From assembly GCA_011620595.1 (NCBI GenBank), contig WOYX01000062.1, positions 40,300 to 104,299 on the forward strand: a DNA stretch of 64,000 nt. The letters are read 5' to 3'. The stretch's first letter is position 1, and each line of letters begins with the position of its first letter. The DNA comes from Bacteroidales bacterium (GTDB lineage Bacteria; Bacteroidota; Bacteroidia; Bacteroidales; VadinHA17). The notes beneath the pieces are model-generated. The model was given only the letters and a program-made list of their open reading frames with translations. It was not told the origin of the DNA and searched no databases. Shown one piece after another: positions 1 to 9,994 of this stretch. The position numbers and the translations under genes are program-made.

Positions 1-2
1 TA

Positions 3-143
3 ACCACTGTAGCAGAGATACTTACCGACAGAGGTGTCAGGCTGTATATCCATCCCAGTCATAATGTTCCCGGTGACACCACGGCCAGGGAGAGGCTTGA
101 CGAGGCGCTGGCGGAGTACAAGCGCAGGATTGCATGCGTATAG
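3..143 (+). CDS. 3' end of an unidentified gene entering from the left edge (partial)
   Basis: Open frame 3-143 (TTVAEILTDRGVRLYIHPSHNVPGDTTARERLDEALAEYKRRIACV*) ending in TAG at 141, just upstream of the next gene. Confidence 0.55.
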   Translation, partial: TTVAEILTDRGVRLYIHPSHNVPGDTTARERLDEALAEYKRRIACV

Positions 144-158
144 TTACTATTGAAGGCC

Positions 159-1169
159 ATGGACTCACTGGAGAGAACGATTTGTTTCATTGAAGGCGGC
201 AGGCCTGACCGTGTTCCGTTTCACCCCATCCTCATGCGTTTCGCAGCAAAACATGCAGGGGTAAGATACAGGGACTTCTGTCTCAGCCACTCGCACAAAT
301 GCATGGCGAACATCAAATGTGCTACCGATTTTCAGTCGGACTGGGTCAACACCATGTCCGATGCCTATGCAGAGGCAGAAGCTTTCGGCACCAAGCTTCT
401 TTATCCGGAGGATGACCTGCCCATGGTGCAGAAATATGCCATTGCAGATATCAGTGACATTGACAGGATGACTGTTCTGAAGCCGGGTGACCATAGCCGC
501 CTGAGGGAGCGCTCTGCCGAGATCAGGGAATACCGTGCTATCAATGCCGGAAAGATGTTCATCTGCGGATGGGTTGAAGGGCCACTGGCAGAATACTGTG
601 ACATCCGGGATATAAACCTCGCAATGACCGATCTCTACGAACATCCGGAAGAGGTTCACAAAGCCCTGGACATCATCACTGAGAGTGCGATGGCTTTCAT
701 CACGGCGCAGGTCAGGGAGGGGGCACACTGTATCGGTATTGGTGATTCTGTCTGTTCTCTGATATCGCCTGAGCTTTATGATGAGTTCTGCCTGGGCCGT
801 GAGAAAGCCCTGGTGGAACACATTCACAGAATGGGAGCACTTGCCAAGATACACATATGCGGAAACATCTCCGCCATTCTTCCCGGAGTTATCAGCACGG
901 GGTCTGACATTATTGATATAGATCACCGCACGGGACCTGTGACAGAGGCTGTGAGAATGCTTGGCGAGAGGCAGGTCTTCGCGGGCAAGAGTGACCCGGT
1001 GTCGGTCCTGCAGGACGGCGACGAGCAGAGAATACGCGAGAGTGCAATTGCCTTCTTCAGGGAAGCGCAGGGACGTGCAATCCTCTCTGCCGGATGCGAG
1101 GTAACACCGGGAACCAGTGTTGACAACCTGGCCTGCTTCGCCGGCCTGTCATCGGAACTATTGAAGTAG
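159..1169 (+). CDS. Uroporphyrinogen decarboxylase / MtaA-CmuA methyltransferase family protein
   Basis: N-terminal PDRVP motif, EAEAFG, GWVEGP, HICG metal motif, C-terminal ILSAGCEV; ATG at 159 preferred over TTG at 150. Confidence 0.8.
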   Translation: MDSLERTICFIEGGRPDRVPFHPILMRFAAKHAGVRYRDFCLSHSHKCMANIKCATDFQSDWVNTMSDAYAEAEAFGTKLLYPEDDLPMVQKYAIADISDIDRMTVLKPGDHSRLRERSAEIREYRAINAGKMFICGWVEGPLAEYCDIRDINLAMTDLYEHPEEVHKALDIITESAMAFITAQVREGAHCIGIGDSVCSLISPELYDEFCLGREKALVEHIHRMGALAKIHICGNISAILPGVISTGSDIIDIDHRTGPVTEAVRMLGERQVFAGKSDPVSVLQDGDEQRIRESAIAFFREAQGRAILSAGCEVTPGTSVDNLACFAGLSSELLK

Positions 1170-1197
1170 TAATCTAAATAAACAGGAGGCTGTCATC

Positions 1198-2088
1198 ATG
1201 GGAAAGAATGTTGCACTGGTCCTTTCAAGTGGCGGGGCAAGAGGTTTCGCTCATATAGGAGCCATAAAGGTACTTTTACAGCACGGCTACAATATAACCT
1301 CCGTGGCCGGAACCTCAATGGGGGCATTGATAGGGGCCATCTATGCCGCGGGGCAGCTCGAAGAGTTTGAGGAGTGGGTCAGGACTCTCGATGTGATGGA
1401 GGTACTGAAGCTTACCGACATCAGCCTGAGCAGCAAGGGCTTTGTCAAGGGCAAGAAGATCATGGAGAAGCTTAAGGAGATAGTGCCCGAGAGGTCCATT
1501 GAAGAGCTACATATCCCTTACTGTGCCGTTGCAACCAATCTTATCAAAGGTAAGGAGAAGGTATTTACCGAAGGTAGTCTCTTTAATGCCATCCGTGCTT
1601 CGATATCGATCCCTACGGTTTTCCAGCCCTGGCAGATAGGTGAGGATTACTTCGTTGACGGCGGTCTTGTTAATCCTATCCCCATCAACAGGGTAAAACG
1701 CGAAAAAGGTGATCTTCTGGCTGTCGTTAATGTCAATGCCGACATACCCTATGAAGGGGTGCCGGAGGAGGATGAGGAGAAGAAGGATGAAGAGAAAGAC
1801 AGCAAGTTCATCAAAAAGGTCAAGGAGATACAGTCGAAGAGTGAGAAGCATATCCCGGAGGACAGGAAGGATGACATCGGCCTCTTCAATCTCAATAACC
1901 GCAGCCTCAGCATAATGCTCAACCAGATAGCGGCACTCACCCTGAAGAATTATGAAACTGACATAATGATTGAGATCTCAAGGCAGTCATTCGGCACATA
2001 TGATTTTTACAAGGCGGCCAAGATCATCAGTGAGGGTGAGAGAGCAGCCTCCCGGGCCCTGAATCGGGACCCCGTCAAACAGGGGTGA
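1198..2088 (+). CDS. Patatin-like phospholipase (RssA/NTE family)
   Basis: LSSGGARGFAHIG oxyanion motif, GTSMG nucleophile elbow, DGG catalytic Asp; AGGAGG upstream. Confidence 0.9.
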   Translation: MGKNVALVLSSGGARGFAHIGAIKVLLQHGYNITSVAGTSMGALIGAIYAAGQLEEFEEWVRTLDVMEVLKLTDISLSSKGFVKGKKIMEKLKEIVPERSIEELHIPYCAVATNLIKGKEKVFTEGSLFNAIRASISIPTVFQPWQIGEDYFVDGGLVNPIPINRVKREKGDLLAVVNVNADIPYEGVPEEDEEKKDEEKDSKFIKKVKEIQSKSEKHIPEDRKDDIGLFNLNNRSLSIMLNQIAALTLKNYETDIMIEISRQSFGTYDFYKAAKIISEGERAASRALNRDPVKQG

Positions 2089-2171
2089 TCAGCGGCTTTT
2101 TTTATGCTGATAAGTTGTAGATTTTGGGAAAATTGTTTATCTTTATCAGTTAACCTAAAATTAAAATCGCA

Positions 2172-3071
2172 ATGAAAAAATTCACTCTGATCATCTTCCT
2201 CGGCATGATGGTAGCGGCGCCGGCCCTGAAGTCGCAAAAGCCGATAAAAGTGCTGGAAGACAGTATTCAGATTGGCAACTGGCTCTATCCCGGTTTCAAT
2301 GTGACCATCCCTGAGGCCGATTATGACAATACCCTGAAGAACTGGGTCAAGTTACAGGAGACGGGTACGAAATCAAAAGTGCAGACCGAGAATGGCGAGA
2401 TGACGATCTTCGGGGCCAATGTCAGGGAGATATCTCCCACCCCGGTAAACATCTACAGCCATCTTGTAAATGAGGATACGGTATGTCGGCTGTTTGCCTG
2501 CATCGAGATAAAAAAGGACCAGTATGTTGAGCCTGCCGCGGGTGATATTCAACTGACAGCTGCACGCAACTTTCTCAAGGAATTTGCCAAATCGCAATAC
2601 ATTGAAGTTATCAAGGGCCAGCTTGCTGCCGAAGAGAAGATACTGCGCGACCTGAACAGGGAGCTTGGCAGCCTCCAGAGCAGCAAGGCCCGTACCCAGA
2701 GAACTGCCAAAAACAAGAGAGGTACTATCAACAATGAGCAGGAGAAGCTTCAGGTAAGGCACAATGAGCTGGGCATGCTGTCAACCGAGATCATCAACAA
2801 GAACAATGAGATGATGAGCATGCCGGTAGGCGCCGGTCGAGATGCCATGGCTACCCAGATCAAAGAGCTGGAGAAGAGGCGCAAGAAGCTGCAGAAAGAG
2901 ATATCCAGATCAGAGAACAAGATCAACAAGGCAAGATCCACGATAAACCAGGCTGACAGATCGATACCCCGGAATGAGAATGAGCAGGATGTACTGAAGG
3001 CCAGGATTGATGCACAACAGGCTGTAGTGCAGAGCTTCATTGACAAGCTGAACGCTGTCAAACTCTATTGA
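2172..3071 (+). CDS. Secreted hypothetical protein with long C-terminal coiled coil
   Basis: Sec signal peptide MKKFTLIIFLGMMVAAPALKS; K/E/Q-rich heptad C-terminal half; AT-rich leader. Confidence 0.75.
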   Translation: MKKFTLIIFLGMMVAAPALKSQKPIKVLEDSIQIGNWLYPGFNVTIPEADYDNTLKNWVKLQETGTKSKVQTENGEMTIFGANVREISPTPVNIYSHLVNEDTVCRLFACIEIKKDQYVEPAAGDIQLTAARNFLKEFAKSQYIEVIKGQLAAEEKILRDLNRELGSLQSSKARTQRTAKNKRGTINNEQEKLQVRHNELGMLSTEIINKNNEMMSMPVGAGRDAMATQIKELEKRRKKLQKEISRSENKINKARSTINQADRSIPRNENEQDVLKARIDAQQAVVQSFIDKLNAVKLY

Positions 3072-3122
3072 AAACATGTATTGCAATAACAACTCTATCA
3101 ACTCATAATAAATCAAAGAGAA

Positions 3123-3446
3123 ATGAAAAGCCAGGAGCAAAAAGAGAACTATCAGAAGAAAATTGAATCTCAGCTCGATGAATGGAGAGCTGAGATTGAC
3201 CGTCTGAAAGCAAAGGCCAGAAATACCTCTGCGGATACCAAACTGAAATACCAGGAGAACATTGACAAGCTGGAGATGAAGATGGATGAGGGGAAGTCGA
3301 AACTCAAGGATATCAGGGAATCAAGCGGCGAAGCATGGGAGTCAATCAGGGAAGGCGCCGACTCGATATGGGACACCATGAAGGCCACATTCGCCGAGGT
3401 AAGGGATAAGCTGAGTGACGACGAGAAAGAGGAGAAGAAGGCTTAA
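3123..3446 (+). CDS. Small coiled-coil protein (sll1863-like stress protein)
   Basis: YQKKIESQLDEWRAEIDRLKAKA...SGEAWESIREG pattern typical of this helical family. Confidence 0.7.
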   Translation: MKSQEQKENYQKKIESQLDEWRAEIDRLKAKARNTSADTKLKYQENIDKLEMKMDEGKSKLKDIRESSGEAWESIREGADSIWDTMKATFAEVRDKLSDDEKEEKKA

Positions 3447-3564
3447 AATCCGGAAAGAAACCATCGGCTGAAGATGAATCTGATCTGGCCGGCAGGAGAT
3501 ATTATCGATTGCACGGGCATATATGGATATGCCTTCAGACTGTGAACAGTTAAAACTGAGGAGA

Positions 3565-3981
3565 ATGAAGAAAACACTAAGGATTGTCCTTGTAATACTC
3601 ATATTTGCTGCCGCTATCTTTTTCTGGTGGCGTCATTACTTTGTATTCGGTGAAGGCGTAAAGGCCGGTGACCTTAACTACCTGGTAAGAAAGGGATACC
3701 TCTTCAAGACATGGGAGGGCAAGCTGATACAGACCGGATTCAAGACATCCACCCCGGGAGCAATTCAAAGCAACGAATTTGAATTCAGCATGGTGAATGA
3801 CAGCCTGGCCCATGTCCTGGAAAGGGCAAGCGGCAAGTTTGTCGAGCTCCGTTACAAGGAGTATATCAGGCCCCTGCCATGGAGGGGCATGAGCAGGTAT
3901 GTCGTGATCGAAGTTCTTGATATCGAGGATCAGGATAATAAGGATGAGACTCCGGCGCTTATTCCCTATCAGACACTCTGA
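3565..3981 (+). CDS. Conserved membrane-anchored hypothetical protein
   Basis: N-terminal TM helix followed by the conserved-looking GVKAG..KGYLFKTWEG..FEFS..LRYKE motif; ATG at 3565. Confidence 0.75.
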   Translation: MKKTLRIVLVILIFAAAIFFWWRHYFVFGEGVKAGDLNYLVRKGYLFKTWEGKLIQTGFKTSTPGAIQSNEFEFSMVNDSLAHVLERASGKFVELRYKEYIRPLPWRGMSRYVVIEVLDIEDQDNKDETPALIPYQTL

Positions 3982-4003
3982 TTATATAAAATCCAAAAAA
4001 ATC

Positions 4004-4759
4004 ATGAAATACAGAATTACAATACTTATTCTGTCAGTTTTTCTATTGGCAGCATGTTCGCAGTTAACACAGTTAATGCAGTCAGTATCAGCCGTAAATG
4101 AGCTGACGGAGGGTGACATAATTGAGGGGCTGAAGGAGGCGCTAACGGTAGGTGCACGAAATGCCGCGGAAAGACTTGCCGCGGAAAACGGGTATTACGG
4201 TGATCAGCAGGTAAGGATACCACTTCCAGAGGAAGCGAAAGTAATTGTGGAAAACATAGGCAGGATACCAGGCGGGGATCAACTTATTGAGAATGTCATT
4301 CTTAGCATCAACAGGGCAGCAGAAGATGCTGCCCGTGAGGTGGCTCCTGTCTTTGTGGAAGCAGTAACACGGATGACCATTGCCGACGGGTACAACATAC
4401 TGCATGGAGCCGATAACGCGGCGACGGAGTATCTGAGGAGCAACACGTGGAATGAGCTTTACTCTCTCTACAAGCCGAAGATCACAGCCTCTACGGAGAG
4501 GGAGATGGTGGCAGGCATCTCCGCACAGCAATCATGGCTTGCACTCACGGAAAAATGGAACATGGTGGCCAACAGTGTTGCCGGCCGGCTTGCAGGATTC
4601 AATCCTGTGACAACTGATCTGGATGATTTTCTGACCAGGAAGGCGCTGGAAGGTGTTTTTCTGAAGATCGCAGATGAAGAGCTAAAGATCAGGAAAGAGG
4701 TTTCTGCCCGGGTCACACCGCTGCTTCAGAGAGTATTCGGAACTCTTGACAGCCAGTGA
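4004..4759 (+). CDS. DUF4197 family lipoprotein
   Basis: Lipobox LLAAC; GLKEALTVGA, INRAAEDAA, DNAATEYL, IADEELKIR..LLQRVFG motifs; ATG at 4004. Confidence 0.85.
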   Translation: MKYRITILILSVFLLAACSQLTQLMQSVSAVNELTEGDIIEGLKEALTVGARNAAERLAAENGYYGDQQVRIPLPEEAKVIVENIGRIPGGDQLIENVILSINRAAEDAAREVAPVFVEAVTRMTIADGYNILHGADNAATEYLRSNTWNELYSLYKPKITASTEREMVAGISAQQSWLALTEKWNMVANSVAGRLAGFNPVTTDLDDFLTRKALEGVFLKIADEELKIRKEVSARVTPLLQRVFGTLDSQ

Positions 4760-4837
4760 TATCTCAGCCAGGCAGGGATAGAAGGTCAAGACCCTCTCTT
4801 TCTAAAACTCTTGTATAATTGCAAAAAATTTAGAAGA

Positions 4838-5214
<377 letters not shown>

Positions 5215-5332
5215 CCGATTCCGGGGGATGGCTCCGGCACTAATTTTTATCAACTTTTTATTACCCTCACCCTTCAGAACAGCAGAGGTTGCTATATTCG
5301 CAGATCAAACCTGGAATAAATAAGAATAGGGC

Positions 5333-6586
5333 ATGGGACTGAAGAACCGGCTTATCATAATGAATTTCCTCCAGTTTTTCATCTGGGGGTCATGGCTGCT
5401 CACCATAGGGGCATACTGGTTTCAGAACAAGAACTGGACAGGAACGGATTTCGGAGCGATTTTTTCAACCATGGGGCTGGCCTCGCTCTTCATGCCGGCA
5501 ATAGCGGGCATAATAGCTGACAGGTGGGTCAACGCCGAGAAGCTCTATGGCCTCTTCCACATCTCGGGAGCAGTGCTGCTTGCCATCCTGCCAACGATCA
5601 ATGATCCGAAGACCTTTTTCTGGGTCCTGCTGATCACCATGATGTTCTACATGCCTACCCTTGCGCTCGCCATCACCGTGGCATACAGTTCGATGAAGAA
5701 CAGGGGCATGGATATCATCAGGGATTATCCCCCGATCAGGGTATGGGGTACCATCGGTTTCATCGTGGCGCTGTGGGTGGTTAGTCTCCTTGGTTTTGAG
5801 ACTTCACCCATGCAGTTTTACGTAGCCGCTGCAGCCTCACTCGGGCTGGGCATCTATGCCTTCACCCTGCCCAAATGTCCGCCGCTGGCCCGCGGACACA
5901 AGAAGAAACTGGTGGAAGAGCTTGGTCTCAACGCCTTCGAGCTCTTCAAAAACACCAAGATGGCGCTCTTTTTCATCTTTGCCATGCTACTGGGTGCGGC
6001 ACTGCAGCTCACCAATGCATACGGAGATACATTCCTTCACGACTTTGCCGATATACCCGCATACAAGAATCTGCTGGCAGTAAAATACCCCGCCATCATC
6101 ATGTCTGTATCGCAGATATCCGAAACACTCTTCATCCTTACCATTCCCTTCTTCCTGAAGAAGTTCGGAATCAAAAAGGTGATGCTCATGAGCATGGTAG
6201 CCTGGGTATTCAGGTTCGGACTCTTTGCATACGGAGACCCGGCAGGCGGACTCTGGATGATCATACTGTCATGTATTATCTACGGTATGGCCTTTGATTT
6301 TTTCAACATCTCAGGATCACTCTTTGTGGAAACACAAAGTGAGCCGGAGATCAGGGCCAGTGCACAGGGGCTCTTCATGATGATGACAAACGGTTTCGGG
6401 GCCTTCATGGGTAGCCGTATCAGCGGGATCGTCATCGACAAGTACTTCATGCTTGAGAGCGGAGCCTTCGACTGGAAAGGGATATGGCTGGCCTTTGCCG
6501 CATATTCGCTGGTTGTGGCAATCCTCTTCGCCCTTCTCTTCCGACATAAACACGTGCCGGAGCCAGTTGAAAATATCAGTCATTAA
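5333..6586 (+). CDS. nupG: Nucleoside:H+ symporter (NupG/XapB, MFS)
   Basis: FLQFFIWGSW, PPIRVWGTIGF, SQISE, YGMAFDFFNISG, RASAQGL motifs; about 12 TM segments. Confidence 0.9.
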   Translation: MGLKNRLIIMNFLQFFIWGSWLLTIGAYWFQNKNWTGTDFGAIFSTMGLASLFMPAIAGIIADRWVNAEKLYGLFHISGAVLLAILPTINDPKTFFWVLLITMMFYMPTLALAITVAYSSMKNRGMDIIRDYPPIRVWGTIGFIVALWVVSLLGFETSPMQFYVAAAASLGLGIYAFTLPKCPPLARGHKKKLVEELGLNAFELFKNTKMALFFIFAMLLGAALQLTNAYGDTFLHDFADIPAYKNLLAVKYPAIIMSVSQISETLFILTIPFFLKKFGIKKVMLMSMVAWVFRFGLFAYGDPAGGLWMIILSCIIYGMAFDFFNISGSLFVETQSEPEIRASAQGLFMMMTNGFGAFMGSRISGIVIDKYFMLESGAFDWKGIWLAFAAYSLVVAILFALLFRHKHVPEPVENISH

Positions 6587-6840
6587 TTCCCCGTCCTGCC
6601 ATCATGTATATATAATTTGACTTTTATTGGGCACATGGAGCCTCCATGTTTGCCAATTATTTTCATACTTGCTTGTGTTTTTTAAACATGGAGGATTCAT
6701 ATTTTATTATGTACTTCTGTATGACATAATAAATTTGTGAATTGTAATACCATGTTATTAATAGATATAATACCGGCGGGAGGGGTTCGGGCTACGCATG
6801 GCTGGTGGCAGGGTCAGGGCATAATCCTGCAGCGGAAATA

Positions 6841-7710
6841 TCAATATACCCCAAGAAGGATGAGGCTCAGTCCGATAACAATCATACCACTTATAAGACC
6901 GTAGATTGCAACATGGTGTTTGCCGTACTTGTGTGCGGCCGGAAGCAGTTCATCAAATGAGATATAAATCATTATGCCTGCCACCATGGCAAAAACATAT
7001 CCGAGACTTATGTCGCTGTCAAACAGCGAGAGGATGAAATAGCCTGCCACTGCCCCGACAGGTTCCGAGAATCCTGACAGTACCGACCAGGTGAGTGCCT
7101 TCTTCCTCGAACCGGTGGCATAATATACCGGGACAGAGACGGCAATTCCTTCAGGGATATTATGAATGGCAACAGCGATAGCAATGCTTACCCCCACTGC
7201 AACATCTGACATTGCAGACATGAAGGTTGCGATACCTTCAGGAATGTTGTGTATCCCGATAGCCACGGCAGTAAAGACCCCCAATCGCATCAGCTTCTGG
7301 TCTTTGGCTCCTGACCAACCCGTCCGCCGCCGCCTTCCCTGGCATTCAGGCTTGTCAGGATCCCTCGTCTCCGGGTGCATCTGCTCCACTCTCTTCAGTT
7401 CATGCGGGTTGCCCTGTGACGGGAGTATCTTATCGATGGCTGCAGACAGCCCTATCCCGAAAATGAATGACATAAATGTCAGCCACGCTGCAGGAGCGGC
7501 ATCATAATTCATCCTCATAATTTCCCCTGCGTTGGTAAGGATCTCGGTAAAAGAGATGAATATCATCACACCTGCCGAAAAACCAAGGGAAAAGGCAAGG
7601 AAGGTGGTCTTGGTGCGCTTTGCGAAGAAGGCGATAAGTCCGCCTATTCCCGTAGCCATTCCGGCGAACAGCGTCATGCCGAAAGCAAAAAATATCATGG
7701 ATCGGTCCAT
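6841..7710 (-). CDS. zupT: ZIP family divalent metal transporter
   Basis: LGFSAGVMIFISF, IGIHNIPEG, IAIHNIPEG, SGFSEPVGA, ISFDELLP motifs. Confidence 0.9.
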   Translation of the reverse strand: MDRSMIFFAFGMTLFAGMATGIGGLIAFFAKRTKTTFLAFSLGFSAGVMIFISFTEILTNAGEIMRMNYDAAPAAWLTFMSFIFGIGLSAAIDKILPSQGNPHELKRVEQMHPETRDPDKPECQGRRRRTGWSGAKDQKLMRLGVFTAVAIGIHNIPEGIATFMSAMSDVAVGVSIAIAVAIHNIPEGIAVSVPVYYATGSRKKALTWSVLSGFSEPVGAVAGYFILSLFDSDISLGYVFAMVAGIMIYISFDELLPAAHKYGKHHVAIYGLISGMIVIGLSLILLGVY

Positions 7711-7719
7711 TCAGGGCTT

Positions 7720-7752
7720 ATTTAGATTCATTTTAAATTGTAAATTTAGAAT
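7720..7752. promoter_or_regulatory. Candidate Fur-family operator upstream of zupT
   Basis: Imperfect palindrome ATTTAGATT-C-ATTTTAAAT (7720-7738) plus a second half-site ATTTAGAAT (7744-7752), 10-40 bp upstream of the zupT start. Confidence 0.45.
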
Positions 7753-7825
7753 AAACATTGAAAAACAGGTGACAAAGGGCAATCATAGTAAAAAAAACTA
7801 TTAATTAGTGATCTGAGAAACCACG

Positions 7826-8392
7826 ATGAGTCACTTTGATTATTTCAGAATACTGGGCATAAGGCAGGGCGCTTCCGATGATGAGATCAGGAGGGCATAC
7901 CGAAGAAAGGCCATGGAGTTGCATCCAGACCGCAACAGTTCAGAGGATGCTCAGGATCAGTTCATCAGGGTAACGGAGGCTTATGAATACCTCACCTCCC
8001 ACCCCCACGGCAGGAATATCAGTGAGGAGGAGCTGAGGAGGAATTACCAGGCATGGGTTGATTACAGGCGGGCTGAAGCCAGGCGAAGGGCAGAGCAGTA
8101 TGCCAGGAAATCCTACTCCGATTTCAAGAAGAGCAGTCTCTACAGGAGCACCTCAGCCATTGACGGCACCATGGTCTTTCTTGGTTTTGCTCTTGCCATA
8201 ACAGTCATTCTCATGACGGTATTCGGGTACAGCTACCGCCTCAGGACAGCCACCTCACCCCAGGAAGAACCCTCGCTGTCGCTGGCCATAGTAACCTTTA
8301 CCGTTGGCGTTATCTATCTGATAATTACCATATTTTATTTCAGCGCCTGGCTTGCCCAGGAGAAAAACAGGAAACAAAAGAGAAATGTCTGA
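7826..8392 (+). CDS. J-domain (DnaJ-like) protein with two C-terminal TM helices
   Basis: DYFRILG..ASDDEIRRAYRRKAMELHPD..F..VTEAYEYL with HPD motif; two hydrophobic helices. Confidence 0.85.
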   Translation: MSHFDYFRILGIRQGASDDEIRRAYRRKAMELHPDRNSSEDAQDQFIRVTEAYEYLTSHPHGRNISEEELRRNYQAWVDYRRAEARRRAEQYARKSYSDFKKSSLYRSTSAIDGTMVFLGFALAITVILMTVFGYSYRLRTATSPQEEPSLSLAIVTFTVGVIYLIITIFYFSAWLAQEKNRKQKRNV

Positions 8393-8873
8393 CAGAATCA
8401 AAATCAGGAACCCTTTTGATCCGGCCGGGAACCCCTGTTTCGGTTGCAGTCCCACCAATCATGCAGGACTCAGACTAACCTTTGAGGCTGAAGATGGAAA
8501 GCTTTATGCAGCCTGGGATCCGATGCCGCAGTTCCAGGGTTATATCAACGTTCTTCACGGTGGTATCATTGCCACCCTGCTTGACGAGACCGGGGCATGG
8601 TGCATCAACGTAATGGCAGGTACTTCAGGTGTGACATCATCACTGACGGTAAGGTATCTGAAACCGGTTCACATCAGCAGAGGCATGGTAAGTGTGGAAG
8701 CTGCCATTGTCAGGCTGGAGGAGAGGAGTGCACACATACACTGCAGGCTCTCTGACGGTGAGGGGAAGCACTGTGCCGAGGCTGATATCGAATACTTTCT
8801 CTACCCGCCGGAGATAGCCCGTAAACGCTATCATTACCCGGGAAAAGAGGCTTTTTACCCGCAGAAAGGCTGA
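8385..8873 (+). CDS. PaaI/hotdog-fold thioesterase
   Basis: CFGC..N..GL.L.F, LHGGIIATLLDE, LTVRYLKPV; ATG at 8385 overlaps the upstream gene end. Confidence 0.85.
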   Translation: MSDRIKIRNPFDPAGNPCFGCSPTNHAGLRLTFEAEDGKLYAAWDPMPQFQGYINVLHGGIIATLLDETGAWCINVMAGTSGVTSSLTVRYLKPVHISRGMVSVEAAIVRLEERSAHIHCRLSDGEGKHCAEADIEYFLYPPEIARKRYHYPGKEAFYPQKG

Positions 8874-8916
8874 AGATCGTCTGCAGGTCGGAGACAATCA
8901 TCAGCCTGCTCGCCTT

Positions 8917-9942
8917 TCATTTTCCATACCGTGCCAGGGGGATGGCGGTGTGATCTGAGAAGTCAGACCTGAGGTATTTGTAATAACCGGTTATACCGAT
9001 CATGGCCGCATTATCCGTGGTATAGCGCAACTCCGGCAGGAAGAGGTTCCACCTCTGTTTTCCCGCTTCCCTCCCTGCTGCCTGCCGTAGTCCAGAGTTG
9101 GCTGAGACGCCACCCGCGATACCTACCTCCCTTATGCCTGTCTCCTTTGAGGCCCGTACCAGTTTACCGATCAGTATCTCGATTATCGTGCGCTGCAGTG
9201 ACGCCGCAAGGTCGTTACGCCGGCTCTCAATGAAACCAGGCTCCTCCGCCACCCTGTCGCGCAGGAAATAGAGGAAGCTGGTCTTCAGTCCCGAAAAACT
9301 GAAGTTGAGTCCCCTGATCCGTGGTTTGGCAAAGACGAAGGCGTAGGGGTCACCCCCGGCCGCGAGTCTGTCTATCACCGGTCCTCCCGGATAGGGCAGT
9401 CCCATCACCTTGGCGCACTTGTCAAAAGCCTCACCCGCAGCATCATCAATCGTTGCCCCAATTATCTCCATGGAGAGATGATCATGCATAACCATCAGCT
9501 GGGTATGTCCACCCGACACGAGCAGACACAGGAACGGGAAATCCGGCAGGGCATCCTCTCTTCCAGGTTCCCTGACAAAGTGGGACATGACGTGGGCCTG
9601 CAGGTGATCAACCTCTATGAGAGGTATATTACGTGCCAGTGCAAATCCCTTTGCAAATGAGCTGCCCACGAGAAGTGATCCGAGCAGACCGGGTCCTCGT
9701 GTCCAGGCAACAGCACTTATCTCTTCTGCGGTTGTCCCGGCCATCGCCAGTGCCCTGTCAACCACCGGAACAATGTTTGCCTGGTGCGCCCTCGAGGCAA
9801 GTTCGGGTACCACTCCACCGTAAGCCTCGTGCACGGCCTGTCCTGCGATTAGGTTCGAAAGCACCACACCGTCTCTTATGACAGCAGCGGAAGTGTCGTC
9901 ACAGGAAGATTCTATCGCAAGGATAGTAACAGTTGGCGCCAT
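8917..9942 (-). CDS. tsaD: tRNA N6-threonylcarbamoyladenosine transferase TsaD
   Basis: ILAIESSCDDT, GGVVPELASRAH, HLQAH, LLVSGGHT, DDAAGEAFDK, TDNAAMI; start ATG at 9942. Confidence 0.95.
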   Translation of the reverse strand: MAPTVTILAIESSCDDTSAAVIRDGVVLSNLIAGQAVHEAYGGVVPELASRAHQANIVPVVDRALAMAGTTAEEISAVAWTRGPGLLGSLLVGSSFAKGFALARNIPLIEVDHLQAHVMSHFVREPGREDALPDFPFLCLLVSGGHTQLMVMHDHLSMEIIGATIDDAAGEAFDKCAKVMGLPYPGGPVIDRLAAGGDPYAFVFAKPRIRGLNFSFSGLKTSFLYFLRDRVAEEPGFIESRRNDLAASLQRTIIEILIGKLVRASKETGIREVGIAGGVSANSGLRQAAGREAGKQRWNLFLPELRYTTDNAAMIGITGYYKYLRSDFSDHTAIPLARYGK

Positions 9943-9994
9943 TTTTGTATTACTCTTTTTTATTAACTTCGCCTGCGGCGGAATGTCGTAATGA

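Noticed and set aside
6600-6760. Small peptide or type I toxin ORFs in the nupG-zupT spacer
   Set aside because: Only 18-32-codon frames with no convincing hydrophobic helix or initiation context
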